From Escherichia coli (GTDB lineage Bacteria; Pseudomonadota; Gammaproteobacteria; Enterobacterales; Enterobacteriaceae), in NCBI RefSeq assembly GCF_044324875.1, contig NZ_CP172185.1: DNA of 64,000 nt; one strand, given 5' to 3'. Under the pieces are notes generated by a model. That model did no database searches. It saw only the letters and a program-made list of their open reading frames with translations, and was not told the DNA's origin. The position numbers were made by a program, and so were the translations under genes. Positions 1-13,784 of this stretch are shown here, in pieces. How positions within the stretch are numbered: the first letter of the stretch is position 1; each line of letters begins with the position of its first letter.

Positions 1-105
1 TATCCTGGCGAAGCCGCGTCAGTAACATATGCTGAATAGTGTTAGGCGTTAATTTTAGCCTGTTAATCAATACTATTAAGATTTATTAATCGCTTTAAGG
101 AGAAG

Positions 106-336
106 ATGATGAAAAAGACTGCCGCAATTATTTCTGCCTGTATGCTGACTTTTGCCCTGAGCGCCTGTTCCGGTTCGAACTATGTGATGCACACCAATGA
201 CGGACGTACCATCGTCTCTGACGGCAAACCACAGACTGATAACGATACCGGTATGATTTCGTATAAAGACGCTAATGGCAACAAACAGCAGATCAACCGT
301 ACTGACGTGAAAGAGATGGTCGAACTGGATCAGTAA
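106..336 (+). CDS. ygdI: DUF903-family small lipoprotein (YgdI/YgdR-like); lipobox LSAC near N-terminus
   Basis: 76-aa ORF with signal peptide and Cys in lipobox; SD aaggag at 97-102; ATG at 106 or 109; synteny next to gcvA as in K-12. Confidence 0.8.
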   Translation: MMKKTAAIISACMLTFALSACSGSNYVMHTNDGRTIVSDGKPQTDNDTGMISYKDANGNKQQINRTDVKEMVELDQ

Positions 337-351
337 TTCGCGATCGCAAGG

Positions 352-558
352 TAAAAAAAAGCACCGCAATTAGGCGGTGCTACATTAATCACTATGGACA
401 GACAGGGTAAATGTACAGGAAGTGAAAAAAGGTAGCTTTGCTACCATGGTCTGAATCGCAGACCAATTGCAAACACAACAACACAACATCACAACCGTAA
501 GCCAAAAGTTCACCAGAACACGCATTCCGATAAAACTTTTCGTTCCGGCTCAGGAAGT
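352..558 (-). ncRNA. gcvB: GcvB small regulatory RNA, divergent from gcvA, ending in a rho-independent terminator (GCACCGCCUAAUUGCGGUGC + U8)
   Basis: Reverse complement of 352-558 reads ACTTCCTGAGCCGGAACGAAAAGTTTTATCGGAATGCG...GTGTTGTTGTGTTTGCAATTGG...GCACCGCCTAATTGCGGTGCTTTTTTTT, which matches my memory of the E. coli GcvB sequence including the GU-rich R1 region. Confidence 0.9.
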
Positions 559-686
559 GCCGCCACTATAGGTATTTGCTGGTAGAAGCTCAACGGACAA
601 TTTATAATGGCTCAGATTAAAAAAACTAATAGGTTACACAGTGTGATCTAATTGTTAAATTCATTTAACATCAAAGTTTAAAAGCC

Positions 687-1604
687 ATGTCTAAACGATT
701 ACCACCGCTAAATGCCTTACGAGTTTTTGATGCCGCAGCACGCCATTTAAGTTTCACTCGCGCAGCAGAAGAGCTTTTTGTGACCCAGGCCGCAGTAAGT
801 CATCAAATCAAGTCTCTTGAGGATTTTTTGGGGCTAAAACTGTTCCGCCGCCGTAATCGTTCACTCCTGCTGACCGAGGAAGGGCAAAGCTATTTCCTCG
901 ATATCAAAGAGATATTTTCGCAATTAACCGAAGCGACGCGTAAACTCCAGGCCCGTAGCGCCAAGGGGGCGTTGACGGTCAGTTTACTCCCCAGTTTCGC
1001 CATTCATTGGTTGGTTCCGCGACTTTCCAGCTTTAATTCAGCTTATCCGGGAATTGACGTTCGAATCCAGGCGGTTGATCGTCAGGAAGATAAGCTGGCG
1101 GATGATGTTGATGTGGCGATATTTTATGGTCGGGGCAACTGGCCGGGGCTACGGGTGGAAAAACTTTACGCCGAATATTTATTGCCGGTGTGTTCGCCGC
1201 TACTGCTGACTGGCGAAAAACCCTTGAAGACCCCGGAAGATCTGGCTAAACATACGTTATTACATGATGCGTCACGCCGTGACTGGCAGACATATACTCG
1301 CCAATTGGGGTTAAATCATATCAACGTTCAGCAAGGGCCAATTTTTAGCCATAGCGCCATGGTGCTGCAAGCGGCTATTCACGGGCAGGGAGTGGCGCTG
1401 GCAAATAACGTGATGGCGCAATCTGAAATCGAGGCCGGACGTCTTGTTTGCCCGTTTAATGATGTTTTGGTCAGTAAAAATGCTTTTTATCTGGTTTGTC
1501 ATGACAGTCAGGCAGAACTGGGTAAAATAGCCGCCTTTCGCCAATGGATCCTGGCGAAAGCCGCTGCTGAACAAGAAAAATTCCGCTTTCGTTATGAACA
1601 ATAA
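687..1604 (+). CDS. gcvA: LysR-family glycine cleavage system transcriptional activator GcvA
   Basis: 305 aa; N-terminal HTH LNALRVFDAAARHLSFTRAAEELFVTQAAVSHQIKSLE; synteny with gcvB. Confidence 0.95.
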   Translation: MSKRLPPLNALRVFDAAARHLSFTRAAEELFVTQAAVSHQIKSLEDFLGLKLFRRRNRSLLLTEEGQSYFLDIKEIFSQLTEATRKLQARSAKGALTVSLLPSFAIHWLVPRLSSFNSAYPGIDVRIQAVDRQEDKLADDVDVAIFYGRGNWPGLRVEKLYAEYLLPVCSPLLLTGEKPLKTPEDLAKHTLLHDASRRDWQTYTRQLGLNHINVQQGPIFSHSAMVLQAAIHGQGVALANNVMAQSEIEAGRLVCPFNDVLVSKNAFYLVCHDSQAELGKIAAFRQWILAKAAAEQEKFRFRYEQ

Positions 1605-1622
1605 TTTACGTAGGGTACGACC

Positions 1623-2018
1623 ATGACCAGCCGTTTTATGCTGATTTTCGCCGCCATTAGCGGCTTCATTTTTGTGGCTCTGGGCGCTTTTGGCGCGCAT
1701 GTGTTAAGTAAAACCATGGGGGCCGTTGAGATGGGCTGGATCCAGACCGGTCTCGAATACCAGGCGTTCCACACGCTGGCGATCTTAGGTCTGGCGGTGG
1801 CAATGCAGCGTCGCATCAGTATCTGGTTTTACTGGAGTAGCGTTTTCCTCGCGTTAGGCACGGTGCTGTTCAGCGGCAGCCTTTATTGCCTGGCACTGTC
1901 CCATCTGCGTTTGTGGGCGTTTGTCACTCCGGTTGGCGGCGTGAGCTTCCTTGCGGGCTGGGCGTTAATGTTAGTTGGTGCTATCCGTTTAAAACGCAAG
2001 GGCGTAAGTCATGAATAA
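1623..2018 (+). CDS. ygdD: DUF423 inner-membrane protein
   Basis: 131 aa, four predicted TM helices; K-12 synteny between gcvA and rlmM. Confidence 0.85.
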
Positions 2019-3111
2019 GGTTGTATTGCTGTGCCGTCCGGGCTTTGAAAAAGAGTGCGCCGCAGAAATTACCGATAAAGCCGGCCAGCGGGAAATTTTC
2101 GGTTTTGCCCGCGTGAAAGAGAATGCGGGTTATGTGATTTATGAATGTTATCAACCTGATGATGGCGATAAGTTAATCCGTGAGCTGCCGTTCAGTTCAT
2201 TAATTTTTGCCCGCCAGTGGTTTGTAGTGGGGGAACTCCTGCAGCATTTGCCGCCAGAAGATCGTATTACTCCCATTGTCGGCATGTTACAGGGCGTAGT
2301 AGAGAAGGGCGGTGAACTGCGTGTTGAAGTTGCCGATACCAACGAAAGCAAAGAGTTGCTGAAATTCTGCCGTAAATTCACCGTGCCGCTACGCGCTGCC
2401 TTGCGCGATGCGGGTGTGCTGGCGAACTATGAAACGCCGAAGCGTCCGGTTGTGCATGTATTCTTTATTGCACCAGGCTGCTGCTATACCGGTTACTCAT
2501 ACAGCAACAATAATTCGCCGTTCTATATGGGCATTCCGCGCCTGAAATTTCCGGCAGATGCGCCGAGTCGTTCCACGCTCAAACTGGAAGAGGCATTTCA
2601 TGTGTTTATTCCTGCGGATGAGTGGGATGAACGCCTGGCGAACGGGATGTGGGCGGTGGATTTAGGCGCTTGCCCAGGCGGCTGGACCTACCAACTGGTG
2701 AAGCGCAACATGTGGGTTTATTCCGTCGACAACGGCCCGATGGCGCAAAGTCTGATGGATACCGGACAGGTGACGTGGCTGCGGGAAGACGGTTTCAAAT
2801 TCCGTCCGACACGCAGCAATATCTCCTGGATGGTATGCGATATGGTTGAAAAACCGGCGAAAGTTGCGGCATTGATGGCGCAGTGGCTGGTTAATGGCTG
2901 GTGCCGTGAAACCATTTTCAACCTCAAACTGCCGATGAAAAAACGCTACGAAGAAGTGTCACACAATCTGGCGTATATTCAGGCACAGCTTGATGAACAT
3001 GGCATAAATGCTCAGATCCAGGCGCGGCAGTTGTATCACGATCGCGAAGAAGTGACGGTGCACGTCCGCCGTATCTGGGCTGCGGTGGGTGGTCGTCGCG
3101 ACGAGCGATAA
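2011..3111 (+). CDS. rlmM: 23S rRNA (cytidine2498-2'-O)-methyltransferase RlmM
   Basis: 366 aa; THUMP-like N-terminus plus SAM-MTase motif [10 protein letters not shown]; overlaps ygdD stop by 8 nt. Confidence 0.9.
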
Positions 3112-3154
3112 CAGGCAAGGCCGGGGCGTCGTCTCCGGCCTGCTACCCTTTCCG

Positions 3155-3895
3155 TCAGGCTGTTACCAAAGAAGTTGCAACCTGGCGCTCATCAGAAATA
3201 ATGTGCGTTACCTCATCCAGATGCCCGATGCGGGCTTCCCCTGAACGATTAAATTTACTTTTATCAATCAATAACAACGATTGCGCGGCGCGTTTTAATA
3301 GCATTGATTTGTAATCAGCGTTGATGGCATTGGAGTCCCACAGTGCGCCGCTGCTATCGATCCCTTCACAAGAAAAAATAAACAGATCGATTTCCAGCGA
3401 TTTAAGTTGAGAAATCAGCGAGGGATTGACGTAACAGCCATATTTGCGCTCAAGTGTGCCGCCGGAACTGATCAGTTGAATGCGTTCGCGTTTACCGAGT
3501 TCATGGCAAATCGGATGGCTATTGGTGAAGACCTGGATGTTGATGTCAGGCAACTGGCGTGCCAGATACCAGCAGGTTGAACTTGCGTCTAAGGCTATTA
3601 CCATCCCTTCTTCAATCCACGCGAGCGCCTCGCGCGCGATATCTGCTTTATGCGCATAATGGCTTTTCAGCCGGATGTGAAAGGGATCGCCACTGTCTTG
3701 ATTTTGACGGTGGATATATTTAGCGCGCCCATGATTGCGCAGAATTTTACCCTGCGTCTGTAATTCATTGAGATCGCGACGAATGGTTTCTTTACTGACC
3801 TTTAGCTGTTCAGAGAGAGCTTCCGTGGTCAGGCTGGTATGGTTCAGCAGCAGGTCGACTATCGCTTGCTGGCGTGCCGCTTTCATATTTTTCAC
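3155..3895 (-). CDS. fucR: DeoR-family L-fucose operon activator FucR
   Basis: 246-aa ORF; likely true start at MKAARQQ (around 3886); DeoR HTH plus sugar-phosphate-binding C-domain. Confidence 0.9.
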   Translation of the reverse strand: MKNMKAARQQAIVDLLLNHTSLTTEALSEQLKVSKETIRRDLNELQTQGKILRNHGRAKYIHRQNQDSGDPFHIRLKSHYAHKADIAREALAWIEEGMVIALDASSTCWYLARQLPDINIQVFTNSHPICHELGKRERIQLISSGGTLERKYGCYVNPSLISQLKSLEIDLFIFSCEGIDSSGALWDSNAINADYKSMLLKRAAQSLLLIDKSKFNRSGEARIGHLDEVTHIISDERQVATSLVTA

Positions 3896-3943
3896 CCCAT
3901 CATTCGATAACCGCCCGCGTCATGCGGGCGTACCGGTATGAGA

Positions 3944-4366
3944 TTACGGTGTTACCCCTTTTTTTAAAAGAATATTCCCGTACTTCGCTCGTTCGCCTGT
4001 GATAACGATCGCAAAGGCTTTTTGTGCCCGTTCATAAAACGCAAAACGATTGATGCGGATGATGTCAGGACACGGGGCTTGTAGTGAAAGCGCATTACGG
4101 TAACGTCGTTCTACTTCAGGATCGAGAGTGTCACCTTCTACCGCCGCCATCATCACCAGCGGCGGTGCATAACTGTCCAGTTCAAATAACGGGATAATCG
4201 CCTGGAGCAAGTCGCTCACCAACAGGCCATCAGCGCGGATCACCTGCGGTCCCATCGAATGGGCGGGAAAGTGAGCATCGGAAAAAATAATTTCATCTCC
4301 ATGCCCCATCTCTGCCAGCACTTTCAATAGTTCGGGAGAAATTAACGGCGAAATTGTTTTCAGCAT
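3944..4366 (-). CDS. fucU: L-fucose mutarotase FucU (RbsD/FucU family)
   Basis: 140 aa; synteny fucK-fucU-fucR. Confidence 0.9.
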
Positions 4367-4367
4367 T

Positions 4368-5816
4368 TCACACTTCCTCTATAAATTCAGGTTCAGTTTG
4401 CGGGTAGAAATAACGGTACTGATAATGAATCTGCGCGCGGGCTTCTTCCGGGCTGTTAAATTCCCCTACGCCATACCAACCGAACAGCGCAGCTCCTGCG
4501 ACGGTCGTTTCTGCGTCGTCGAGAACTTTTACCGGAATATCAAGCATATTGGCTTTAATCTGATTCCACAAAGTGTTGCGACTTCCTCCGCCGACTAACA
4601 ATAATTCAGAGGCTTTAAAGTGCCCGATTTTTTCCAGCATCTGTAGATTGCGCTGTAATTGCTCAGTTAACCCTTCCAGCGCCGCGCGATAGAAATGCCC
4701 CCGCGTGGTATTAAGCGTCACTCCTTGCCAGCCAGCGTTCTGACACGACAATAAATCACACTGCATTTTCACACCATCCGCGCCAGGTGCGATCAGACGA
4801 GCCTCTTCAATCAACATTTGCCAGGGAGTTTCAGCCGTCCAGAACAGTTTTCTCACCCATTCCAGCACGCCGGATGCCAGCCATTGCATACCTGGGTTAT
4901 ACAACCCTGCCTGACTATCCAGTTCGCAGGTGGAACCGGCATACTGACTTAACAGCGAAGTATCAACCTGGGCGCTACGGACCATTAAAATTTCCCATGT
5001 ACCGGAAGAGAGCACGGGTTCATTTTGTTCAGCACCAGCGCCAAAAAGGGCGAACTGGGTATCGTGACCTGCGGAAATCACCGGTATGCCAACGGGTAAG
5101 CCGAGCATTGCTGCGGCGCTGTTCTGTAACGTACCAATCTGTTCACCCGCTTCCACCAGACGAGGGAAGAGGCGGCGTGGAATACCGGTGGCGTGTAAAA
5201 TTTGCGGACTGAAATCGCGTTGCTGGATATCCAGCATCTGGCTGGTTCCGGCCATCGTGATATCAGTAGTGAATTCGCCGGTTAAACGGTGGTTAATCAG
5301 CGACGAAATAAAGAGCCAGGCGTGCGCGCGTTCCAGCAGTTGTGGATGATTTTCTTTCAACCACACCAACTTATATAACGTATTGAAACTAAAGGCTCCG
5401 ACGCCAGAAATAGCCTGCAACTGCTGTGCGGAGATCAACCGTTCAATATTGTCCATTACCGCTGCTGTTCGCGGACATTTCCAGCTAATGATCGGATAGA
5501 GCAGATTGCCTTGCTTATCTACCAGAGCGCCATCCACACCAAAGGTGGTGACGGCGATACCGCGGATGTGGCATTCAGTCAGTTCACTATTGATTTGCCG
5601 ACAGCAATCAGCAAAGCGTTGCAAAATGGCGTCTAAAGACCACTGGTGCCAGGTGGTGTTTTCCATCGCGATATCGCTGGCATTAGGCGTTGAGGCGCGG
5701 GCAACAATTTTTCCCTGCCGATTAACCGCGATGGCCCTGACATTGGTCGCGCCACAGTCGAGTACCAGGATAACTTCTTGTTTCATAATCGCTCCTGCAA
5801 TATAGCCGGATAACAT
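4368..5816 (-). CDS. fucK: L-fuculokinase FucK (FGGY kinase)
   Basis: 482-aa ORF (probable true start [15 protein letters not shown] at about 5786); FGGY motifs. Confidence 0.9.
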
Positions 5817-5872
5817 TGCTTATCCGGCTAACCACTCTTGCTTGTTCAGGCCCGGTAGCCGGAGCGACCGGG
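5805..5872. repeat. REP-like GC-rich palindromes in the fucK-fucI intergenic region (GCCGGATAACATTGCTTATCCGGC; CCCGGTAGCCGGAGCGACCGGG)
   Basis: Two imperfect palindromes with CCGGATAA/TTATCCGG cores typical of REP units. Confidence 0.45.
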
Positions 5873-5894
5873 CATCACATCAGGGAGTAATGTA

Positions 5895-7670
5895 TTAACG
5901 CTTGTACAACGGGCCGTAGTTCTGGCAAGCGCGGTAATCCTGGCCTTCAATATCCATGCCGTGCGCGGCCCAGGCAGAAGGACGATACACTTTGGTCTCT
6001 TCAACGTTGTGCATACATACCGGGATACGCAGCATGGAGGCAAGAGTGATAAAGTCTGCGCCAACGTGGCCGATGGTTAGAACCCCGTGGTTAGCGCCCC
6101 AGTTCGCCATTACCGAGTACACATCCGTAAACGGCCCTTTACCGGTGAGGCGCGGTGCAAACCAGGTGGTTGGCCAGGTTGAGTTGGTGCGTTTGTTGAG
6201 GATGTCATGCACATCCTTCGGCAATTCCACGCTCCAGCCTTCCGCGATTTGCAGTACCGGTCCCAGGCCTTTGATGATGTTGACACGAGTCATGGTGAAC
6301 GGGACGCCGCCTTCGGTAAGGAAGCGGGAAGAGTAACCGCCGCCACGGAAGTATTCGTGGATCGCCGGGCACCATTCGGTAGCGGCGAGGCAAGCGTCAG
6401 CCTCTTGCTGAGAGATTTCCCAGTGTGGCTTCATCGTCGGGTTACCTTCGCTGTCGCGTTGTTTACAGGAACCGTCCAGCGCAGCAGAACCGGAGTTGAT
6501 CAAATGGATGATGCCGTGTTCTGCCAGTCCATCGAGTTTATGCCCCGTTACACGTTCAATTGCTTCTGGTGACCAGTAGGTACGCACATCGGCAAATACC
6601 TGAGCGGTGCCGGTGAGCTGGTGACCCATTAGCATTGCCACGCCGTTAAGACTGTCGTTTTCGGTCGCCACGACAAAGGGTTCGCGCACGCCATTCCAGT
6701 CAAATGAACTGTTAAGGATCGCTTCGGCGGTGTCGCCATTGGGATATTGATCGGTCCAGTGGCGTTGTCCCTGGAAGCCCGCAGCGATGGCGTTGTAGCC
6801 AAGTGATTCTTCTACGCGACCAATATCGGCCAGTTTGCTGTTGCCTTGCATCATGTCGCGGATACACATCGCCATCAGTAAACTTTCGCGCAGAACTGCG
6901 CGGCTTTGCTCGGCATTGCGTTGATACTGTTTGTTATTTTCATCTTCGCCATAGCGGAAGTTTTTATCAGCCCAGGCCAGCGCCATTTCCAGTTCGGCTT
7001 CGTCGTAAATCTTCTGATCGATACGGCGACGAAGTTCGGTCATATCCACCGCCTGGACTTTCATTCCCAGCCAGGATTCAAAGAAGTTGTGATCAACAAT
7101 AGAACCGGCGATACCCATCGAAACGCCACCCAGCGACAGATAGCTTTTACCTTTCATGCTGGCGACGGCCAAACCGGCGCGGGCAAAGCGCAGCAGTTTT
7201 TCTTCAACATCAGCAGGAATCGATGTGTCATCGGCATCCTGAACGTCATGACCGTAAATGGAGAATGCCGGGATGCCTTTCTGGCTGTGAGCTGCCAAAG
7301 CCGCAGCCAGGTAAACAGCGCCGGGGCGTTCAGTGCCGTTAAAGCCCCAAATGGCTTTCGGGCGGGTTGGATCCATGTCGATAGTTTCACTGCCATAGCA
7401 CCAGCAAGGCGTTACCGTAATGGTGAGGCCTACATTCTGACTGCTGAATTTTTCTTCGCAAGCAGCGGCTTCAGCCATACCCGCGATACAGGTATCGGAA
7501 ATGACACACTCGACGGCAGCTCCGCAGGCATGGCGCAGTTTCTCGGTCAGCAGTGCGGCCGTAGCTTTCGCCATATTCATTGTTTGTTCTTCAAGCGACT
7601 CACGAACACCCATGCGACGACCGTCAATAACCGGGCGGATACCAATTTTCGGTAAGCTGATTTTTTTCAT
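5895..7670 (-). CDS. fucI: L-fucose isomerase FucI
   Basis: 591 aa; canonical fucPIK order. Confidence 0.95.
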   Translation of the reverse strand: MKKISLPKIGIRPVIDGRRMGVRESLEEQTMNMAKATAALLTEKLRHACGAAVECVISDTCIAGMAEAAACEEKFSSQNVGLTITVTPCWCYGSETIDMDPTRPKAIWGFNGTERPGAVYLAAALAAHSQKGIPAFSIYGHDVQDADDTSIPADVEEKLLRFARAGLAVASMKGKSYLSLGGVSMGIAGSIVDHNFFESWLGMKVQAVDMTELRRRIDQKIYDEAELEMALAWADKNFRYGEDENNKQYQRNAEQSRAVLRESLLMAMCIRDMMQGNSKLADIGRVEESLGYNAIAAGFQGQRHWTDQYPNGDTAEAILNSSFDWNGVREPFVVATENDSLNGVAMLMGHQLTGTAQVFADVRTYWSPEAIERVTGHKLDGLAEHGIIHLINSGSAALDGSCKQRDSEGNPTMKPHWEISQQEADACLAATEWCPAIHEYFRGGGYSSRFLTEGGVPFTMTRVNIIKGLGPVLQIAEGWSVELPKDVHDILNKRTNSTWPTTWFAPRLTGKGPFTDVYSVMANWGANHGVLTIGHVGADFITLASMLRIPVCMHNVEETKVYRPSAWAAHGMDIEGQDYRACQNYGPLYKR

Positions 7671-7702
7671 TACAGATTCCTCACTTTATTCGGAAAATAT
7701 GT

Positions 7703-9019
7703 TCAGTTAGTTGCCGTTTGAGAACGGAAACGGGCAAAGATAAAGATGACCGCGAAGCAGAGTGCGGGGATCAGTTCAGCAGTGGGGATGTTGCCCGCCG
7801 CGTCACTGACAAAACCCATGACCGGAGTGACAATACCGCCGCCAATAATGGTCATAACGATGAAGGACGAACCGTATTTGGTGTCCTGGCCGAGATTCTT
7901 AATGCCCAGCGAGAAGATTGTTGGGTACTGAATCGACATAAAGGCACTGCATAATGTCAGGGCTATTAAGCCCACATGACCGCCAGCGAAGGCTGAGATC
8001 AGGCACAGTGCCATAGCGATTAATGCGTAGGCTGCCAGGACTTTGTGTGGTGCGAAGCGACTGATGAGCCAGGTACCGGTGAAACGACCAATAAAGAAGC
8101 ACACCATGGTTCCGGTTAAATAGTTAGCGGCAAAGCCTGCGGTCATACCTGGAATTTCTTCTACAGCGTAGCGAATCAAATAGCTCCAGCAGGCCGTTTG
8201 CGCGCCGACATAGCAGAATTGCGCTAATACCGCCCAGCGCCAGTGACGAATACGCGCCAGACGAGAAAGCGATGCGGAGAACGATCCTTGTTTGGCGTCA
8301 CTGTGATTATCACTCTGCAATGCCGGGAATTTCGTCAGCATGATCAGCAGGGCGACCAGTAACACGATAGCCACGATGATCATATAAGGTGTCTGTACCG
8401 ATAATACCAGGCTGTGTTTATACGCACTCAATTGCTCTGGAGACATTTTATCGAGAACGTCTTGCGATTGATGTGGCACGTTAGACAAAATAAGACTTTG
8501 CCCAAAGACAACCGCGATAATTGCGCCAAACGAGTTAAATGTTTGCGCAAGATTTAAGCGGAAGTGACCACTGCTTTCCGGCCCTAATACCGTAACAAAA
8601 GGGTTTGCGGCAGTTTCCAGACAACCTAATCCGGCTGCAATAATAAATAGGCCAACTAAAAATAAGGTGTAGTTCATTATTTCTGCAGCGGGCCAGAATA
8701 ATGCAGCGCCCAAGGCATATAAAAATAATCCGGTAATAATCCCTGCTTTATAACTGAGTTTTTTCATCAATATCCCAGCAGGGATTGGGATAATGAAATA
8801 ACCAAAGTAAAAGGCCGATTGGATCAGGCCAGCCTGGAAATTTGTCAGCGTAAAAGCCTGCTGGAATTGAGGTAATAAAATGTCGTTAAGGTTATTGGCT
8901 ACCGCCCAAAGAAAAAACAGTGAGCACAGCAGCGCGAATGGAATAATGTAACTTCTGCTTTGCCCTGCATCTTTATCTACCGCACGGTAACTCTGCGTTT
9001 GTATTGATGTGTTTCCCAT
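7703..9019 (-). CDS. fucP: L-fucose:H+ symporter FucP (MFS)
   Basis: 438 aa, 12 TM helices. Confidence 0.95.
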   Translation of the reverse strand: MGNTSIQTQSYRAVDKDAGQSRSYIIPFALLCSLFFLWAVANNLNDILLPQFQQAFTLTNFQAGLIQSAFYFGYFIIPIPAGILMKKLSYKAGIITGLFLYALGAALFWPAAEIMNYTLFLVGLFIIAAGLGCLETAANPFVTVLGPESSGHFRLNLAQTFNSFGAIIAVVFGQSLILSNVPHQSQDVLDKMSPEQLSAYKHSLVLSVQTPYMIIVAIVLLVALLIMLTKFPALQSDNHSDAKQGSFSASLSRLARIRHWRWAVLAQFCYVGAQTACWSYLIRYAVEEIPGMTAGFAANYLTGTMVCFFIGRFTGTWLISRFAPHKVLAAYALIAMALCLISAFAGGHVGLIALTLCSAFMSIQYPTIFSLGIKNLGQDTKYGSSFIVMTIIGGGIVTPVMGFVSDAAGNIPTAELIPALCFAVIFIFARFRSQTATN

Positions 9020-9207
9020 AGCATCCTCTTAGGTTCAGAAGCTTAAGCACGTAATCGGTTATGTTTTCAAAAGTGCAAAACCAGCGAGTTCGGGCTTCAT
9101 ATCAGTGAATATTTGCCTGTCAGAAATGAACTCATGGATTCATTTTCAAATAAAAAACGCTCTGTAATATGACGGCGGTCACACTTATTAGCTGGGAGGT
9201 GACTTTA

Positions 9208-9223
9208 TGTGACTACCATCACT
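9208..9223. promoter_or_regulatory. CRP-like site TGTGACTACCATCACT in the divergent fucPIK/fucAO control region
   Basis: TGTGA-N6-TCACT match; located in the 546-bp divergent intergenic region. Confidence 0.35.
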
Positions 9224-9565
9224 TTAATAATCGAAATTTCATGCCCGTTTCAGAAAATAAATCATAAAAAACACAAACCCGATGACCGTATTAATTGTTT
9301 GTGCCGAAAACGGGCATTTCTGGCGAGGGGGAATGGAAAAATGACCGTTTTGATAAATATTTTTAAGAGCGGTCATTTTTAATAGGGTTATAAAAAGAGA
9401 ACTTGCAGTTATTTACTGTGATTAGTTGAACCAGGTCACAAAATATAAGCTTGTGAATTTCTTTCTGGTTAATCAGGAAGAAGATGGTGGGTAATTAAAC
9501 GGCTAATTCAATAGTGTGAAAGGAACAACATTATTGCCCTGTTTTGAATCAGAGAGAGGTAGCTA

Positions 9566-10213
9566 ATGGAACGAAATAAACTTGCTCGTCAGATTATTGA
9601 CACTTGCCTGGAAATGACCCGCCTGGGACTGAACCAGGGGACAGCGGGTAACGTCAGTGTACGTTATCAGGATGGGATGCTGATTACGCCTACAGGTATT
9701 CCATATGAAAAACTGACGGAGTCGCATATTGTCTTTATTGATGGCAACGGTAAACATGAGGAAGGAAAACTCCCCTCAAGCGAATGGCGTTTCCATATGG
9801 CGGCCTATCAAAGCAGACCGGATGCCAACGCGGTTGTTCACAATCATGCCGTTCATTGCACAGCAGTTTCCATTCTTAACCGACCGATCCCCGCTATTCA
9901 CTACATGATTGCGGCGGCTGGCGGTAATTCTATTCCTTGCGCGCGTTATGCGACCTTTGGAACACGCGAACTTTCTGAACATGTTGCGCTGGCTCTCAAA
10001 AATCGTAAGGCAACTTTGTTACAACATCATGGGCTTATCGCTTGTGAGGTGAATCTGGAAAAAGCGTTATGGCTGGCGCATGAAGTTGAAGTGCTGGCGC
10101 AACTTTACCTGACGACCCTGGCGATTACGGACCCGGTGCCAGTGCTGAGCGATGAAGAGATTGCCGTAGTGCTGGAGAAATTCAAAACCTACGGGTTACG
10201 GATTGAAGAGTAA
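9566..10213 (+). CDS. fucA: L-fuculose-phosphate aldolase FucA (class II aldolase)
   Basis: 215 aa; SD gagagg upstream. Confidence 0.95.
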   Translation: MERNKLARQIIDTCLEMTRLGLNQGTAGNVSVRYQDGMLITPTGIPYEKLTESHIVFIDGNGKHEEGKLPSSEWRFHMAAYQSRPDANAVVHNHAVHCTAVSILNRPIPAIHYMIAAAGGNSIPCARYATFGTRELSEHVALALKNRKATLLQHHGLIACEVNLEKALWLAHEVEVLAQLYLTTLAITDPVPVLSDEEIAVVLEKFKTYGLRIEE

Positions 10214-10237
10214 TTTCGTAAAGCAACAAGGAGAAGG

Positions 10238-11389
10238 ATGATGGCTAACAGAATGATTCTGAACGAAACGGCATGGTTTGGTCGGGGTGCTGTTGGGGCT
10301 TTAACCGATGAGGTGAAACGCCGTGGTTATCAGAAGGCGCTGATCGTCACCGATAAAACGCTGGTGCAATGCGGCGTGGTGGCGAAAGTGACCGATAAGA
10401 TGGATGCTGCAGGGCTGGCATGGGCGATTTACGACGGCGTAGTGCCCAACCCAACAATTACTGTCGTCAAAGAAGGGCTCGGTGTATTCCAGAATAGCGG
10501 TGCGGATTACCTGATCGCTATTGGTGGTGGTTCTCCACAGGATACTTGTAAAGCGATTGGCATTATCAGCAACAACCCGGAGTTTGCCGATGTGCGTAGC
10601 CTGGAAGGACTTTCCCCGACCAATAAACCCAGTGTACCGATTCTGGCAATCCCCACCACAGCAGGCACTGCGGCAGAAGTGACCATTAACTACGTGATCA
10701 CTGACGAAGAAAAACGGCGCAAGTTTGTTTGCGTTGATCCGCATGATATCCCGCAGGTGGCGTTTATTGACGCTGACATGATGGATGGTATGCCTCCAGC
10801 GCTGAAAGCTGCGACGGGTGTCGATGCGCTCACTCATGCTATTGAGGGGTATATTACCCGTGGCGCGTGGGCGCTAACCGATGCACTGCACATTAAAGCG
10901 ATTGAAATCATTGCTGGGGCGCTGCGAGGATCGGTTGCTGGTGATAAGGATGCCGGAGAAGAAATGGCGCTCGGGCAGTATGTTGCGGGTATGGGCTTCT
11001 CGAATGTTGGGTTAGGGTTGGTGCATGGTATGGCGCATCCACTGGGCGCGTTTTATAACACTCCACACGGTGTTGCGAACGCCATCCTGTTACCGCATGT
11101 CATGCGCTATAACGCTGACTTTACCGGTGAGAAGTACCGCGATATCGCGCGCGTTATGGGCGTGAAAGTGGAAGGTATGAGCCTGGAAGAGGCGCGTAAT
11201 GCCGCTGTTGAAGCGGTGTTTGCTCTCAACCGTGATGTCGGTATTCCGCCACATTTGCGTGACGTTGGTGTACGCAAGGAAGACATTCCGGCACTGGCGC
11301 AGGCGGCGCTTGATGACGTTTGTACCGGTGGCAACCCGCGCGAAGCAACGCTTGAGGATATTGTAGAGCTTTACCATACCGCCTGGTAA
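10238..11389 (+). CDS. fucO: L-1,2-propanediol oxidoreductase / lactaldehyde reductase FucO (iron-containing ADH)
   Basis: 383-aa ORF (start MANRMILNE at 10241); Fe-ADH motifs. Confidence 0.95.
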   Translation: MMANRMILNETAWFGRGAVGALTDEVKRRGYQKALIVTDKTLVQCGVVAKVTDKMDAAGLAWAIYDGVVPNPTITVVKEGLGVFQNSGADYLIAIGGGSPQDTCKAIGIISNNPEFADVRSLEGLSPTNKPSVPILAIPTTAGTAAEVTINYVITDEEKRRKFVCVDPHDIPQVAFIDADMMDGMPPALKAATGVDALTHAIEGYITRGAWALTDALHIKAIEIIAGALRGSVAGDKDAGEEMALGQYVAGMGFSNVGLGLVHGMAHPLGAFYNTPHGVANAILLPHVMRYNADFTGEKYRDIARVMGVKVEGMSLEEARNAAVEAVFALNRDVGIPPHLRDVGVRKEDIPALAQAALDDVCTGGNPREATLEDIVELYHTAW

Positions 11390-11395
11390 ATGCGC

Positions 11396-11470
11396 TGATG
11401 TGATAATGCCGGATGCGACGCTAGCTGCGTCTTATCCGGCGTATAAGTTCATTAAATTCAATGTGTTGAT
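11396..11470. repeat. REP element(s) downstream of fucO (GCCGGATGCGACGC...GCGTCTTATCCGGC)
   Basis: Canonical REP palindrome with CTTATCCGGC core. Confidence 0.55.
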
Positions 11471-11493
11471 AATCGTTTGCATCCGGCACGCCG

Positions 11494-13727
<2,234 letters not shown>

Positions 13728-13784
13728 AGGAAATACATCGCGTTAAAACGGAGGAAGCGCCGCCCGAAAGCGGCGCGAAAGGAC

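Noticed and set aside
76-369. 97-aa minus-strand ORF overlapping ygdI
   Set aside because: Antisense to the lipoprotein gene and running through the GcvB terminator; no homolog pattern.
6906-7655. 249-aa plus-strand ORF inside fucI, and similar antisense ORFs in cysI (55444-56187), ygcU (46453-47073), pyrG (32985-33587) and cas3 (63301-63906)
   Set aside because: All lie opposite robust, syntenic genes and lack RBS and plausible domain content.
9411-9436. TGTGA...TCACA pair near the fuc control region as a CRP site
   Set aside because: Half-sites are separated by 14 nt rather than 6, which is not a CRP geometry.
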